Below, in pieces: positions 12,101-20,811 of a stretch of 64,000 nucleotides of DNA. Within the stretch, counting starts at the first letter, position 1. Each line of letters starts with the position of its first letter. Source of the DNA: Albugo candida (taxonomy: Eukaryota); NCBI GenBank assembly GCA_040437565.1, contig JBDOQK010000001.1:868001-932000 (forward strand), given 5' to 3'. The translations under genes were made by a program, and so were the position numbers. Below the pieces are notes generated by a model. It was given only the letters and a program-made list of their open reading frames with translations, made no database searches and was not told the origin of the DNA.

Positions 12101-13021
12101 GTACTAGAACACGAAACGTTAGAGTGTCTCGTGCAGTTTGTGCTCAAGCTGAACGAGAAGCAGTTGAAACCATTTTTTATCAAGCTCATCGAGTGGACGC
12201 AAAGTGATTCCGGTCTGTCTCGCCGACTTACCTTTTTTCGGTTGCTGTCGAAGCTTACTGAGCACCTTCGAGGAATTATCGTCCCATACTTTGGACACAC
12301 GTGGCACATGCTAAATTCAACACTGCAAGAAGTATTATCAGTGTTGAGACTTAAGCATTCACTGGACGAAAGTAACAGCGAAAGCGAGGATGAATTTTTT
12401 GCAAACGGACAAGCGTCAAAACCGAAAGCTACAAAAAAGGCCAAATTATCAAATGGAGTGATCACTACCGCAAGTACTTGTGCAAGCGATAATTCTGGTA
12501 CAGGTGGAATTCTTCGAGAGCAATATCTGCTATTATTACAACGAACAACTGAAGCTTTTGATGGTTGCTTTGTGCATGATCAGGAGCAAGCATTTGTGAC
12601 TCCTGATCGTTTCCATGCAATTATGACGTCTCTTGTGGACACTTTTGATATTTTGACTGTGAGCGACTTGACCACGTCTATCCAGAAGCGTAAAGATGTC
12701 ATTTACGGATCAGTCGTACCCTGCATAGTGCACTTGGCTTGGGCAGTTAAGGACGATTTACTTTGGAAACCCTTACACTATGCTGTCCTGTTAAAGTCAC
12801 GAAGCCGATGTGGATCAGTACGCCTTGCAAGCTTGAAAACGATAGAAAAATGTTATCAAATCATTGGCGATGAATTCTTGGTGATGCTTCCAGAGAGTTT
12901 GCCGTTTTTGTCAGAGTTGCTTGAAGACAACGACAGCGAAGTAGCAAAAACCTGTCAATATGTCATCAAGCAGATAGAAGAAATTTCCGGAGAAAGTTTG
13001 GATCAGTACCTGGTAACCTAG
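6101..13021 (+). CDS. UTP10: U3 snoRNA-associated protein 10 / HEAT repeat-containing protein 1 (BAP28)
   Basis: 2306-aa intronless ORF. The N-terminus MTSSLALQLQ...SFLY...AA..D and 'HKVLEFLIRRYEIH' is typical, as are the BP28CT region 'KLNEKQLKPFFIKLIEW' and the C-terminus 'LPESLPFLSELLED...IEEISGESLDQYL'. Confidence 0.97.
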   Translation: MTSSLALQLQSLREKGAGSKRRIVSFLYEHREAAQLDDEMIYNMACNGLIELQKLDARFDTFLEDPSKTQKNTKYNVAELFSRQRVHFRRAHLTRVEDSQLSAQLRFVIDALSGYFLLNATHKVLEFLIRRYEIHRYNVDDVMTMIICYHESPFFARMFRLLHIRDTRWEFLLSVKTQKHSSNGDHEIMVVRDVLVQRALDDTSFIEFIFDAIYPCAKDSVKHDDNNLNSYFGTSLPSNHSKLISLYTAMVLGVVQRSQIISETLLRKILPQLLRTCAAVQCPDLQISGYMILTKLSSRATFAASTLSALVKQIVKHIPRTASNHHTVLFSGSGSSSYHAILCLTHLSQTQPLLVLDRRVAKYFAQIPDLGSILRSAADNYDISNLARSILYEFLTNVTGCSIEEKGGKRDLYFDSAQCLIEVLPKSTMSPIIDDLVQKLFSEAELANYDLSDGKVASISRLCQVLSRKYMEEAEKGVQILLHNNVKLEESQTSHSKGNSRLYGQRDKFLSATFTKVPNSARFLPFSIDTHETAEVQITSLALALDHPSGNTRLQAIKTLESAVVEKDQVEFSAILDNGDILLRRLQDDSLDIVHSLISSKILSGLLLRTCAPKSVCQALSPTLKRFLSSEFAMKSCQHHHEERSTNKNPVDYLNVANALLGFLVQEFAPHTGHRFDDHILQYLLCLIANTHYKNLCLMADGESQNFRDNSSQSFVNKIIDFTSQLEHPFSSALKVWLNEGGSRSQNWSQFIQVLSKALAENVDQLLPCCLSWAHSEASQDDLGLGSHEALSPMLLIETLECSRRQDILSGADKVVLDRAFQDVLYKEYIHICTTKQDKKDNGSLLSIVKFICNFAIDHSGVYSKMAKNRFESCLMILLSAPATIFSVIETQLYSFLKQYKASEAAPISSIPRISFKSSILMSSIREIGIELDEEDERILVSVVTKRCIDIVRNAFEHADTVKSFSLLESTNALPVALVALVDEQGGVRQSAISCLEQWMDYCNNQSSKKRSGGDKAATIETYQSAITYLLDAKQDILYDSTSARRLIWSFYTADKITARRFYALLVQFVCSNPPEDFKASVKMLELLKEVEVETLWSETSDFFQQTLAGLLHVTNQNSTDVVAVLAELLTHYMRVPKKRQLTKHSSNAVLAVLKADSKHRPFAELQAAALNLLVPTLFQMLSSSTQLSLVKALLELLYQSELGSLTIKALGVLQQWPLSSSIYRDLLREFSTAGGGHLAHTECLLEILSHQLINRPEDSNMEMSRSMFAILRDLFASILSSADMHTNVSQYLFQILFVCLRHLCEKSGSISAVEPVNKIVEKKTLKRKPGKKSKSLILDVNREAQDLVGFTLQCLRREGISVQTRNDALLFVGALVSVDPGSVLRSLPSILHPETDVKGNKSNQNTDDYSFHVLETIITYVTPHVVMNAADVVPRNGSRAITIADYIRLFVDNYEDLQVFRRRQLFKTLTGCLGKDCISEVVVILIEHAVHADAAMNFADLLHDAHAVLSDWDVENQIESLRAILGFCNQLLPQLAECSDENGRDQDSKENDMEDGESKPAKLMTFLPASPNQTRVLEQSLIDYVLVHLSDEKLQTLTDQAGATSEGDEGDFESGHRLQRQYLQLAQATLLFYRRVTRQRICTRDATIAIFWVNLGNRVMEIVSALQNLLSTPSFLALVGELLHHDNSMVRKKAMQLFNARLEEKRNDLTPIEELLYMEMIPELDEILQTQVNEECSGEHHSIPLNVEAWTTIQVALLSLDILARNFASNPQYQKNFNCVLKSIVKFLDVDLESLINQAKKTGQHVQVIGCAFVCLASICDATGPLVIPFLPKFFPQLLLGIEVSELKLREGNSNSGLQLFLECLLRALQTFTSKVAKFVTPYLARTIQCLLLPSLLATDSTCSNSTKIILDSAFRNVINNVDFRHVIPALTGPVLQATIATSSDASMLKLLSMMSTIVTELPTSNVRQHLPLLARFYVTVMDLRRLHDLHRIVLHDLDVLEHETLECLVQFVLKLNEKQLKPFFIKLIEWTQSDSGLSRRLTFFRLLSKLTEHLRGIIVPYFGHTWHMLNSTLQEVLSVLRLKHSLDESNSESEDEFFANGQASKPKATKKAKLSNGVITTASTCASDNSGTGGILREQYLLLLQRTTEAFDGCFVHDQEQAFVTPDRFHAIMTSLVDTFDILTVSDLTTSIQKRKDVIYGSVVPCIVHLAWAVKDDLLWKPLHYAVLLKSRSRCGSVRLASLKTIEKCYQIIGDEFLVMLPESLPFLSELLEDNDSEVAKTCQYVIKQIEEISGESLDQYLVT

Positions 13022-13706
13022 ATGGGAGGTAGCAATTCTCCGTTTACACCGTTGCACAAACTAGATATTCGTTTTGATTTATCTTGCATATAAAACAATA
13101 TCATATTGGCATCCGCACTCGACCTTGTGAATACTCTAGTATTGTCTGATACGTATGTCATGCTATCCGGAAATCATCTCGGTGAAAATTGGGTCTTATT
13201 TGCACACTATCTAGGTCCATGCGATCTAGACGGAGCGGTAGACAAGCCACCACGGGCATCCATTACAAGCTACCTAGTACCCGATTGACACAACATCATG
13301 CAAACTAGAGCATGAGGAAGAAGTCATCATGGGGAATTGTTACATCCAGCCACATAGTTCAATTGTATGGTAAAGTGGATACTTTACATGGCACCTGTGC
13401 GTAAGCAACGGTCAATGCATGTCGCCGGTGAATGCGAAGTGAGATATATCCATTCTATTGCTATTACGCATTCTATCACCCGTCATCGATAGATCTGTGC
13501 TACTTTTGACGAAAAAACAGTACATTGCTGAGTATCGTTTGATTTTTTTACATGTGCTGCTTTTGCTTTGCTATGATCCAAGTCTGTTGCTATTGCTTCA
13601 AATTGCCCCATCACGCTTTTGCATATTCGAGAGTGCTACGAATACGATGCATGAACTTACCGTCGTTCTTGTCATAGTGTAAGCAACATTACATTAGCCG
13701 AGCACG

Positions 13707-14066
13707 ATGCGAGCAAGCCACAATGGTTTAGACTTTCGACGACGAAAGAATTACGGGAAGAGACCGAAATTTTCCAAGTACTCGAGAAACTACGAGAAGC
13801 AAAAAGATCAGCTTCCTGATGCTGGTCACTCTCATTTCAAGCATTCATTTCTTGAGAATCCGTGGGGAGAAATGGAAGCCTCAATTCATGCTACGCATTC
13901 GCTTGGAAACAGCGGACAAGGAAATGCTGTCGCTAGTTTTCCTAGGAAAGAAGCATGGTTTAAACCATCGTTTTTGCTAGATCCGTGGGAACCCCTTATA
14001 ACTCAATGGCAAATGTACTCGCAAGTCGTAGGGATAGATGCCTACCCACCTCGATATACAATGTAG
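13707..14066 (+). CDS. Small protein with two MPLKIP/TTDN1-like motifs
   Basis: 119-aa ORF with ATG start. It contains FKHSFLENPW and FKPSFLLDPW, resembling the conserved MPLKIP C-terminal Y/FKPSMLEDPW motif. Confidence 0.55.
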   Translation: MRASHNGLDFRRRKNYGKRPKFSKYSRNYEKQKDQLPDAGHSHFKHSFLENPWGEMEASIHATHSLGNSGQGNAVASFPRKEAWFKPSFLLDPWEPLITQWQMYSQVVGIDAYPPRYTM

Positions 14067-15056
14067 CTGAGAAATAACTTGGTAGTATAAATGCAAATAT
14101 CCTGATCGAGGTCATTAACACTCATTGTCCTACGATCAACGGTTGTCACATAATAATTCCATGCGATTGTCACCTCGGAGATATTCGACTTCATACGGTC
14201 CAGCAAAGTGAGCAAGAGCTTGATCTATTCAGTCACGTGCAAGATGAATCGGTGCCACATCCGACTTTACCATCTCGCGTGTATTCGACACAAAATCACA
14301 ATATGTGAGCCATTATGTCTCTAAGTCAAAGTCACACACTACCCATCGTGTGAGACCCTACCATATTTCAAATTTGTCTTGTGCAAGTTTTGCAACAGAA
14401 CGACAAGAACCAGTAATTGTGCGATGACCGGACGCCACAGAGAGTACAAAGTCAAAGTGGTCCATTCATGCGGGAAGCAAAATCAGCGGTCATGCAACTA
14501 ACTTCCGTCAATCAATATCTATGATAATTAGACGTGACGATGGACCTTATGCAGCTGAGGTCTACTCCTTCCGCGAAGCGCTCAGCTGTTTCGCTTACGA
14601 GACAACGGAAAACATTACTGGTAATACATAAATTAGCGCGGAAAATACTTCAGTAGCCTAGTAACGCATGCTGACCATTGAATCTTGATGATTTTGTGCA
14701 ATGTTTCCTCTATAGACCGGTACATCCACGAATTTATGCATCAAGCTTCGATTACTGTGTGCTTGAGAATGAATCAAGCATCTGCGGCATTTGCATCGGA
14801 AAAAGATTACTTCGTTGCAGGAATGGAAGATCTGGACTCAACATCGCTGGTATAACACGTATGCTAGTACAATATCGACTTATTACTGATACAGCGAATA
14901 CGTATAGGTCAAAGAGAAACCCCACAATGTGCCCCGAGATGCAGCTAAATACGTCATGAAAATGTGCACACAAAAGGTGCAAAAATAGGTTCCAGGACAT
15001 TATTAGTGTGCTTACACCATCCCACACCCGCGCACTGAGTCGATTAGTGGAGAAAT

Positions 15057-16448
15057 ATGGCGTCCTCAGGATTGTATCGATACGAACATGCACGTTATAG
15101 TATGGAATACTTCTCACCTGGACCCAACAGTCAAAGTCGTACCGCCGGAGTGAGCTCTGCCGTTTTTAATTTAATTAGTACAATGATCGGTGGTGGAATT
15201 CTTTCCTTACCCTTTGCTTTTGAAAAATGCGGGCTAATTCCGGCAATTATTCTATTGTTTACCAGCGCGATTGCATCAACTTTTAGTTATTATGTAATTG
15301 TCAGCTGCAGTAGACGCGGAAAAGCCAACAGCTATGAGGATATTGTCAGGAAAGCGCTAGGGCCTTGGGCAGCGTTCATCACTGTGCTTCTATTGGTTTG
15401 CCTTACGTTTCTTACAATGGTAGGATATGTGATCCTCATGCGAGATCTTGTCGTATCATTGGCATCACACTACATATTCGGTCGAGAAATGATCCAAGGA
15501 GAGATCATGATCTCGTTGGTACTCTGTGCTATATGCATCTTGCCGCTATTATTATTTATTTCTATGGACTCGCTACACTTCACATCGCTGTGCAGCGTAC
15601 TATCAATGTCGGTATTGCTTGTAACAATCGGCATTCGTGCGATTTGTCTACCAAACACTGAAGATTCGAAACCCGATGCTGAGATGGATTTGTCAGGAGA
15701 GAAAGCGAACATTCTGCTTTTTCCATCACATTGGACAAATTTATTCTTCGCATTCCCGATAATTTGCGTTGCGTTTTTGGGACAATTCAATGTACTTCCG
15801 ATCTATCGAGAATTGCGGAAACCAACTCGACAAAGACTAAAAAAGATCCTTGGATTAACAATCTTCTCGACATCGATCGTTTACATGATCGTAGGAACAC
15901 TGGGATTTATAATAGGTTATCGTACATCGCGACCAGTGCCTGCAAACATTCTGAATATGTTTGCTGTCACCGATACACTCGTGAATGTCGGAAGATTCGG
16001 TTTACTTATAACACTTTTTCTAAATTTCCCATTATTGATGCAACCGTGTCGCCGTAATCTGTCTCGACTAATCAAGTACTCGCGCTTTGGAGTCTTATAT
16101 GAGCGAGATGAAGATTTGGCTTTGCTTCGACCGGACTTTCAGCGCCTCAATGGACCCAGCACGTCGAAGCCTTGGCCGGCCTATCATGTTGTATCAACTG
16201 TCGCTTTGTTGACTTGTGCGGTTGTTATGGCTCTGATTGTTTCAAATGTGGCTATTGTGTGGAATGTGATGGGTTCTTTTATCGGATTGTTGATTTCGTA
16301 CATCTTGCCGTGCGCATCATACATTCGGATTCGAGACAAGCCTAATTCGGATATAAGGAAATTGTCGGCGTGGATTCTACTCATACTCAGCGCCATAGCT
16401 TCTCTCATTTGCTCGATCAATTCGGTGACTTCCATATTACAAAAGTAA
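15057..16448 (+). CDS. Amino acid transporter, AAAP/Aa_trans (SLC38-like) family
   Basis: Contains 'SAVFNLISTMIGGGILSLPFAF..CG', 'SYEDIV..ALG' and 'FPIICVAFLGQFNVLPIYREL', with about 11 hydrophobic segments. Confidence 0.93.
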   Translation: MASSGLYRYEHARYSMEYFSPGPNSQSRTAGVSSAVFNLISTMIGGGILSLPFAFEKCGLIPAIILLFTSAIASTFSYYVIVSCSRRGKANSYEDIVRKALGPWAAFITVLLLVCLTFLTMVGYVILMRDLVVSLASHYIFGREMIQGEIMISLVLCAICILPLLLFISMDSLHFTSLCSVLSMSVLLVTIGIRAICLPNTEDSKPDAEMDLSGEKANILLFPSHWTNLFFAFPIICVAFLGQFNVLPIYRELRKPTRQRLKKILGLTIFSTSIVYMIVGTLGFIIGYRTSRPVPANILNMFAVTDTLVNVGRFGLLITLFLNFPLLMQPCRRNLSRLIKYSRFGVLYERDEDLALLRPDFQRLNGPSTSKPWPAYHVVSTVALLTCAVVMALIVSNVAIVWNVMGSFIGLLISYILPCASYIRIRDKPNSDIRKLSAWILLILSAIASLICSINSVTSILQK

Positions 16449-16528
16449 CGTGGGTCAGCTTGTTATGACCCGAATAATATACCGGCCTGAGAACCCTTTT
16501 AGCATCTCCATCCAATAATTGATTTGTG

Positions 16529-18781
16529 ATGCCAACTGTTTCGGTGCAACGCGATCTGCTGTTCCAAGCACTTGGTAGAGAGTTTACGGACGAAGAGTTT
16601 GATCACCTTTGCTTTGAATTTGGTATTGAGCTGGATGACATAACCAATGAAAAGCAATTGAAACAACGTGAAGCGCAAAACACTAAAGATACTACCGTTC
16701 AATATTCAGAATCCGTATTGTACAAAATCGACGTTCCTGCAAATCGCATTGACCTTCTCTGCTTGGAAGGCATATCGAGAGCCTTGAGGATTTTCATGAA
16801 TCTCGAGAACCCGCCTTCTTATTCGCTCCAAAATTCCTTCGGTCGAGAACCTCTTCAATTTCGTGTCAAAGCGACCACAAAGGTACTCTACTTTCTTGAT
16901 ACCAGCATTCGATCTGCCAATGTTCATGTTGTAGCTCGTTCGGCCTTTTATGGTGGCTGCTGTCCTTAACAATGTTCAGCTCACGCAGGAACGTTATGAT
17001 AGCTTTATCGATTTGCAGGATAAGCTGCATCAAAATATCTGCCGCCGGAGAACACTGGTAGCCATCGGTACTCACGATTTGGACACAGTGGAAGGACCAT
17101 TTACCTACACAGTAAGTCGCTTGCGTAGTCAGCCGAAAAATATGAATCAAATATATATCGATAGGCGCTCCCACCAGGAGAAATACAGTTTATTCCATTA
17201 AGTCAGTCGCATTCCTATGATGCGAAAACGTTGCTGGATGTGTATCGAACCAATCCAGAATACAAGCATCTCAAGCCATATACAGACATTATCTATGATA
17301 AAGAAGTGTACCCCGTGGTTTTGGACAACAAGAATGTTGTCCTGTCACTTCCTCCTATTATCAACGGCGAGCATTCGAAAATCTCTGTAAAGACTCGGAA
17401 TATTTTGATCGAATGCACTGCAACGGATCTGAGAAAGGCTAAGATTGTATTGAATACTATGGTTACAATGTTTTCGCAATACTGCGATTCACCATACTGC
17501 ATCGAACCTGTTCAAATCGTGTATGAAGACGNNNNNNNNNNNNNNNNNNNNNNNNNNNNNNNNNNNNNNNNNNNNNNNNNNNNNNNNNNNNNNNNNNNNN
17601 NNNNNNNNNNNNNNNNNNNNNNNNNNNNNNNTGTTGTCCTGTCACTTCCTCCTATTATCAACGGCGAGCATTCGAAAATCTCTGTAAAGACTCGGAATAT
17701 TTTGATCGAATGCACTGCAACGGATCTGAGAAAGGCTAAGATTGTATTGAATACTATGGTTACAATGTTTTCGCAATACTGCGATTCACCATATTGCATC
17801 GAACCTGTTCAAATCGTGTATGAAGACGATAGCATTTGCGATGAAGTTGTACCAGATTTGGAGACTCGGCAAGTGTATGTTGCAATCGCAGATGTATATT
17901 CAATGCTTTTTGGTCAACGAGAGCCTTTGGAGCTAGATGAAGCGCGAATGTGCGCACTCTGTGACAAGATGCAGCTATGTGCTCAGGTGGATGACTGCGG
18001 AAAGAAGCTTGTAGTACAAATTCCACCAACTCGGTCAGATATTCTACACCCTATCGATGTGATCGAAGACATCGGTATCGCGTACGGCTTTAATAACATT
18101 CCCCATACAATTCCAAAAACAAAGACCTTCGGAGCTCCTCAGCCATTAAATAAATTAACAGATCAACTGCGTGAAGAGATCAGTAGAGGAGGGTTCATGG
18201 AGCTGCTCACGCACGGCTTATGCTCCCATAATGAGAACTTTGAATTTCTGAACACAAAAGACGATGGCACAAAAGCAGTCGTACTTCGGAATCCAGCAAC
18301 GATCGAGTTTGAAGTGGTTCGAACGTCACTGATCCCTGGAGTTTTGAAAACGATTCAGAACAACAAGTCGCTGTCGTTCAAAGACGGGTTGAAACTGTTC
18401 GAGATTTCGGATGTGGTGCTATTGGACCCAAATTCAGATGTTGGCGCATCGAACGTTCGTCGAATTTGTGCAGCATACACCGGTCTCACAGACGGCTTTG
18501 AGATTATCCATGGTTTGGTTGACCGCATCATGCTACTACTTGGCTTTCGTAACGTTGTCGAAGCTCCAGATATCGTGAGCAAGCTCGACGAATACTACTC
18601 GATCGACCCTTCCTCTCATCAAACCTACTTTGAAGGACGTTGTGCGGACGTGAATCTGCATTCCTTTGGAAAAACAAAGCAACTGGGAACCTTTGGTGTC
18701 TTACATCCTCACGTGCTCGAAAGCTTTGATTTAGCGCATCCGACTTCGACATTGGAAATGGATTTAGAACCGTTAGTATGA
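16529..18781 (+). CDS. FARSB: Cytosolic phenylalanyl-tRNA synthetase beta subunit (2 introns; gap-duplicated segment)
   Basis: Motifs MPTVSVQRD...[13 protein letters not shown], '[15 protein letters not shown]', '[28 protein letters not shown]', '[13 protein letters not shown]', '[16 protein letters not shown]' and 'FGVLHP'. Confidence 0.97.
17532..17631. other. 100-N gap; 17335-17531 duplicated at 17632-17828 (one synonymous SNP)
   Basis: ccatactgc versus ccatattgc. Confidence 0.95.
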
Positions 18782-18913
18782 ATACATTCCGAGTGTCCGC
18801 CAAAATAATAAACGCGACTTTACCATTCGTTCACTCTATAAAAAGCTTGTGCTTTCGATCTCGACCTCTATGCGGTTACATTGTAATTCGAATTCTGCGG
18901 ATGAAATCACTCA

Positions 18914-20361
18914 ATGAGTGTTTTGGATCGCATTAACCATCAGCTCGAGTGTCATGCTGAGGCATCAAGCACATTATTGTCAGATATATTCGAAAGACTG
19001 AAAGCACTGGAGGCTCAATTTGCTGATTTTAGAGCACATAACTCAGCTATCTCGCGTCAAGAAGCTCAGACTGGAAACAATGTTGTCTTGGAGAAACAAG
19101 TAGAAATAGAGGTTTTAGCTGATGATCAGGAGAAATCGTGCGATGGCGTAAGTTGCCAACCGGATAGACCTCCTCCCCACATAGAATGCAGATACCATAT
19201 TGACGCTATCACAACAAGTGAGCAATCGGAAGCTCTGCAAGGCCTTGTTCATAAGCTTCAGGAAGAACTACAGCAAACAGCAATGGTGATATTTATCTGT
19301 TTCATCTGTCAGGTTACTTACTATTTTTATTTTTCTACCAGAATGTTGAGAAACAACTCCGAGAAGCGGACGAACGTTTTTCCAGAATTAATGCAACGTG
19401 CGATGCAATCACGTGCAAGCTGATGGATATTCAAGTCAAACCACCCTCTTCAGAGTGGCCACAATTAGCAACAAAAGTCGCTCTTGGTCAGCATCTGCAT
19501 CATATCAAAGCAATGATGCTTGCGAAGACAGTATCCGGTGCAGCTCAACGGGCAATTTCTGTCGAAGCTTTTAAAAATCCTGCCGAATCGCAGGTGCCTA
19601 CAAACCCGACAGCTGGGACGCCCCTCGACAACACATTGGTGGATCCAAGCGGTGAGGCTTCTCAACAAGATGCTGTAGACTTGGAGGAAGAACAAGTACT
19701 CGACTCTACATGGGCCCAAAAGCACGACCCAGGAATAAATGAAGGATTTAGTATGCGACAAAATGTGGATGCAGAATCGGAAGGCGGTACATTGTCCAAC
19801 TTTGTGGGGTCAATCGATGACACCGGCCTGGTCATGGGGACTCGGGCTGAAGTCGAAGAAATTTTGCTATTCCAAGTGGCTCAACTCGAGAAGCAGCAGG
19901 TGGACATGGAGCTTTCACTCGCTGATATCAGACGACAATTGAATGAATTCCATGGCGAAACAAATTCAGCATTGAATCCCAAAAAAGAATCTACAATTGT
20001 GAACAATTTCATAATGGATTGGCAAAGTAATGTGAATGATTTGAGAGATGAATTGATAGAAATAACCAAGCAATTTATGACCAAAAGCGATTTCCATGCA
20101 TTCATTGAGACACTTCCTTCACGAAACATGCAAAGACGAGATGATGTGACAATCACGAGGTCAAGCAAGAATATAAGAATGACCACTGCCGCAAGTCGAA
20201 CATTCTTAGCTACTCCAACAAGGACAAAGCTGGAAGTTTTGGATCCGCTTTTCGTGTTAACAACATCCGCACCGACCACAAAACCGAGATTACATCCAAG
20301 GCTGGGTGCTTTGCATGGCCGTGGACCTACGATCGAGCTAACTGGGAAAAGACTTGGATAG
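18914..20361 (+). CDS. Hypothetical coiled-coil protein (2 exons)
   Basis: A GT-AG intron at 19286-19341 joins ORF 18914 in frame with ORF 19423. The product has heptad-rich segments and no recognised domain. Confidence 0.6.
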
Positions 20362-20407
20362 ATAATTGCTCTTAATTTATATGATCTCGCTTCACACTTC
20401 CAGCGAT

Positions 20408-20660
20408 AAAAGTCAGTTAGGGAATCCTTAATACGGCACAGTCCAGCGAGGAGCGACCTAGGCTTCGGCCAGTAGACGATCCGCCTGGTGTGGGGCCCGT
20501 ATTCAGGCTCTTTGCGTAGAAGCTTCGTCGATGGGGTCAAGTGCGTCAGTCATAGGATCATGCTCTCAACGCCTTCAGTGACGGCAGCTCCCTGAGCACC
20601 GCGCTGTCGTAAAACACCCTTTTAGACCGAGTGCAGGTAAGAGAGTGCGTCGTCACGCAA
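20408..20660 (+). ncRNA. Candidate structured non-coding RNA, family unassigned
   Basis: GC-rich island between convergent genes. It has a long imperfect hairpin at 20430-20503 capped by C(UUCG)G and a second stem, ACGGCAGC/GCTGTCGT, at 20581-20610. The G-U pairs favour the + strand. Confidence 0.4.
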
Positions 20661-20811
20661 ACGTAATAAGAGTAAGAAGCTCACAACGCAAAGGAATGAG
20701 CATATAATGACAGTTGGACCAGAAAGCACGTGTATTTCCAGTTACGCATCGGACTCCATCCTTCCGTGTGCGAGCGGTAATAGGAACGAAATAAAGGCTC
20801 CTACTATCACT

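Noticed and set aside
20410-20425. GTTAGGG / CCCTAAC as a telomerase RNA template
   Set aside because: Only 7 nt, does not match the usual oomycete TTTAGGG repeat, and is in an implausible position.
20625-20645. CTTACCTG on the minus strand, resembling the U1 snRNA 5' end
   Set aside because: No U1-70K loop (GATCAxGAAG), U1A loop (ATTGCAC) or Sm site follows, and the 5' ATA is missing.
20590-20655. TPP-riboswitch-like CTGAG...ACACCCTTT...GACC...GGTAA
   Set aside because: Lacks the CCTGA / TAAT..C..CG.AGG core and is not in a thiamine-related gene.
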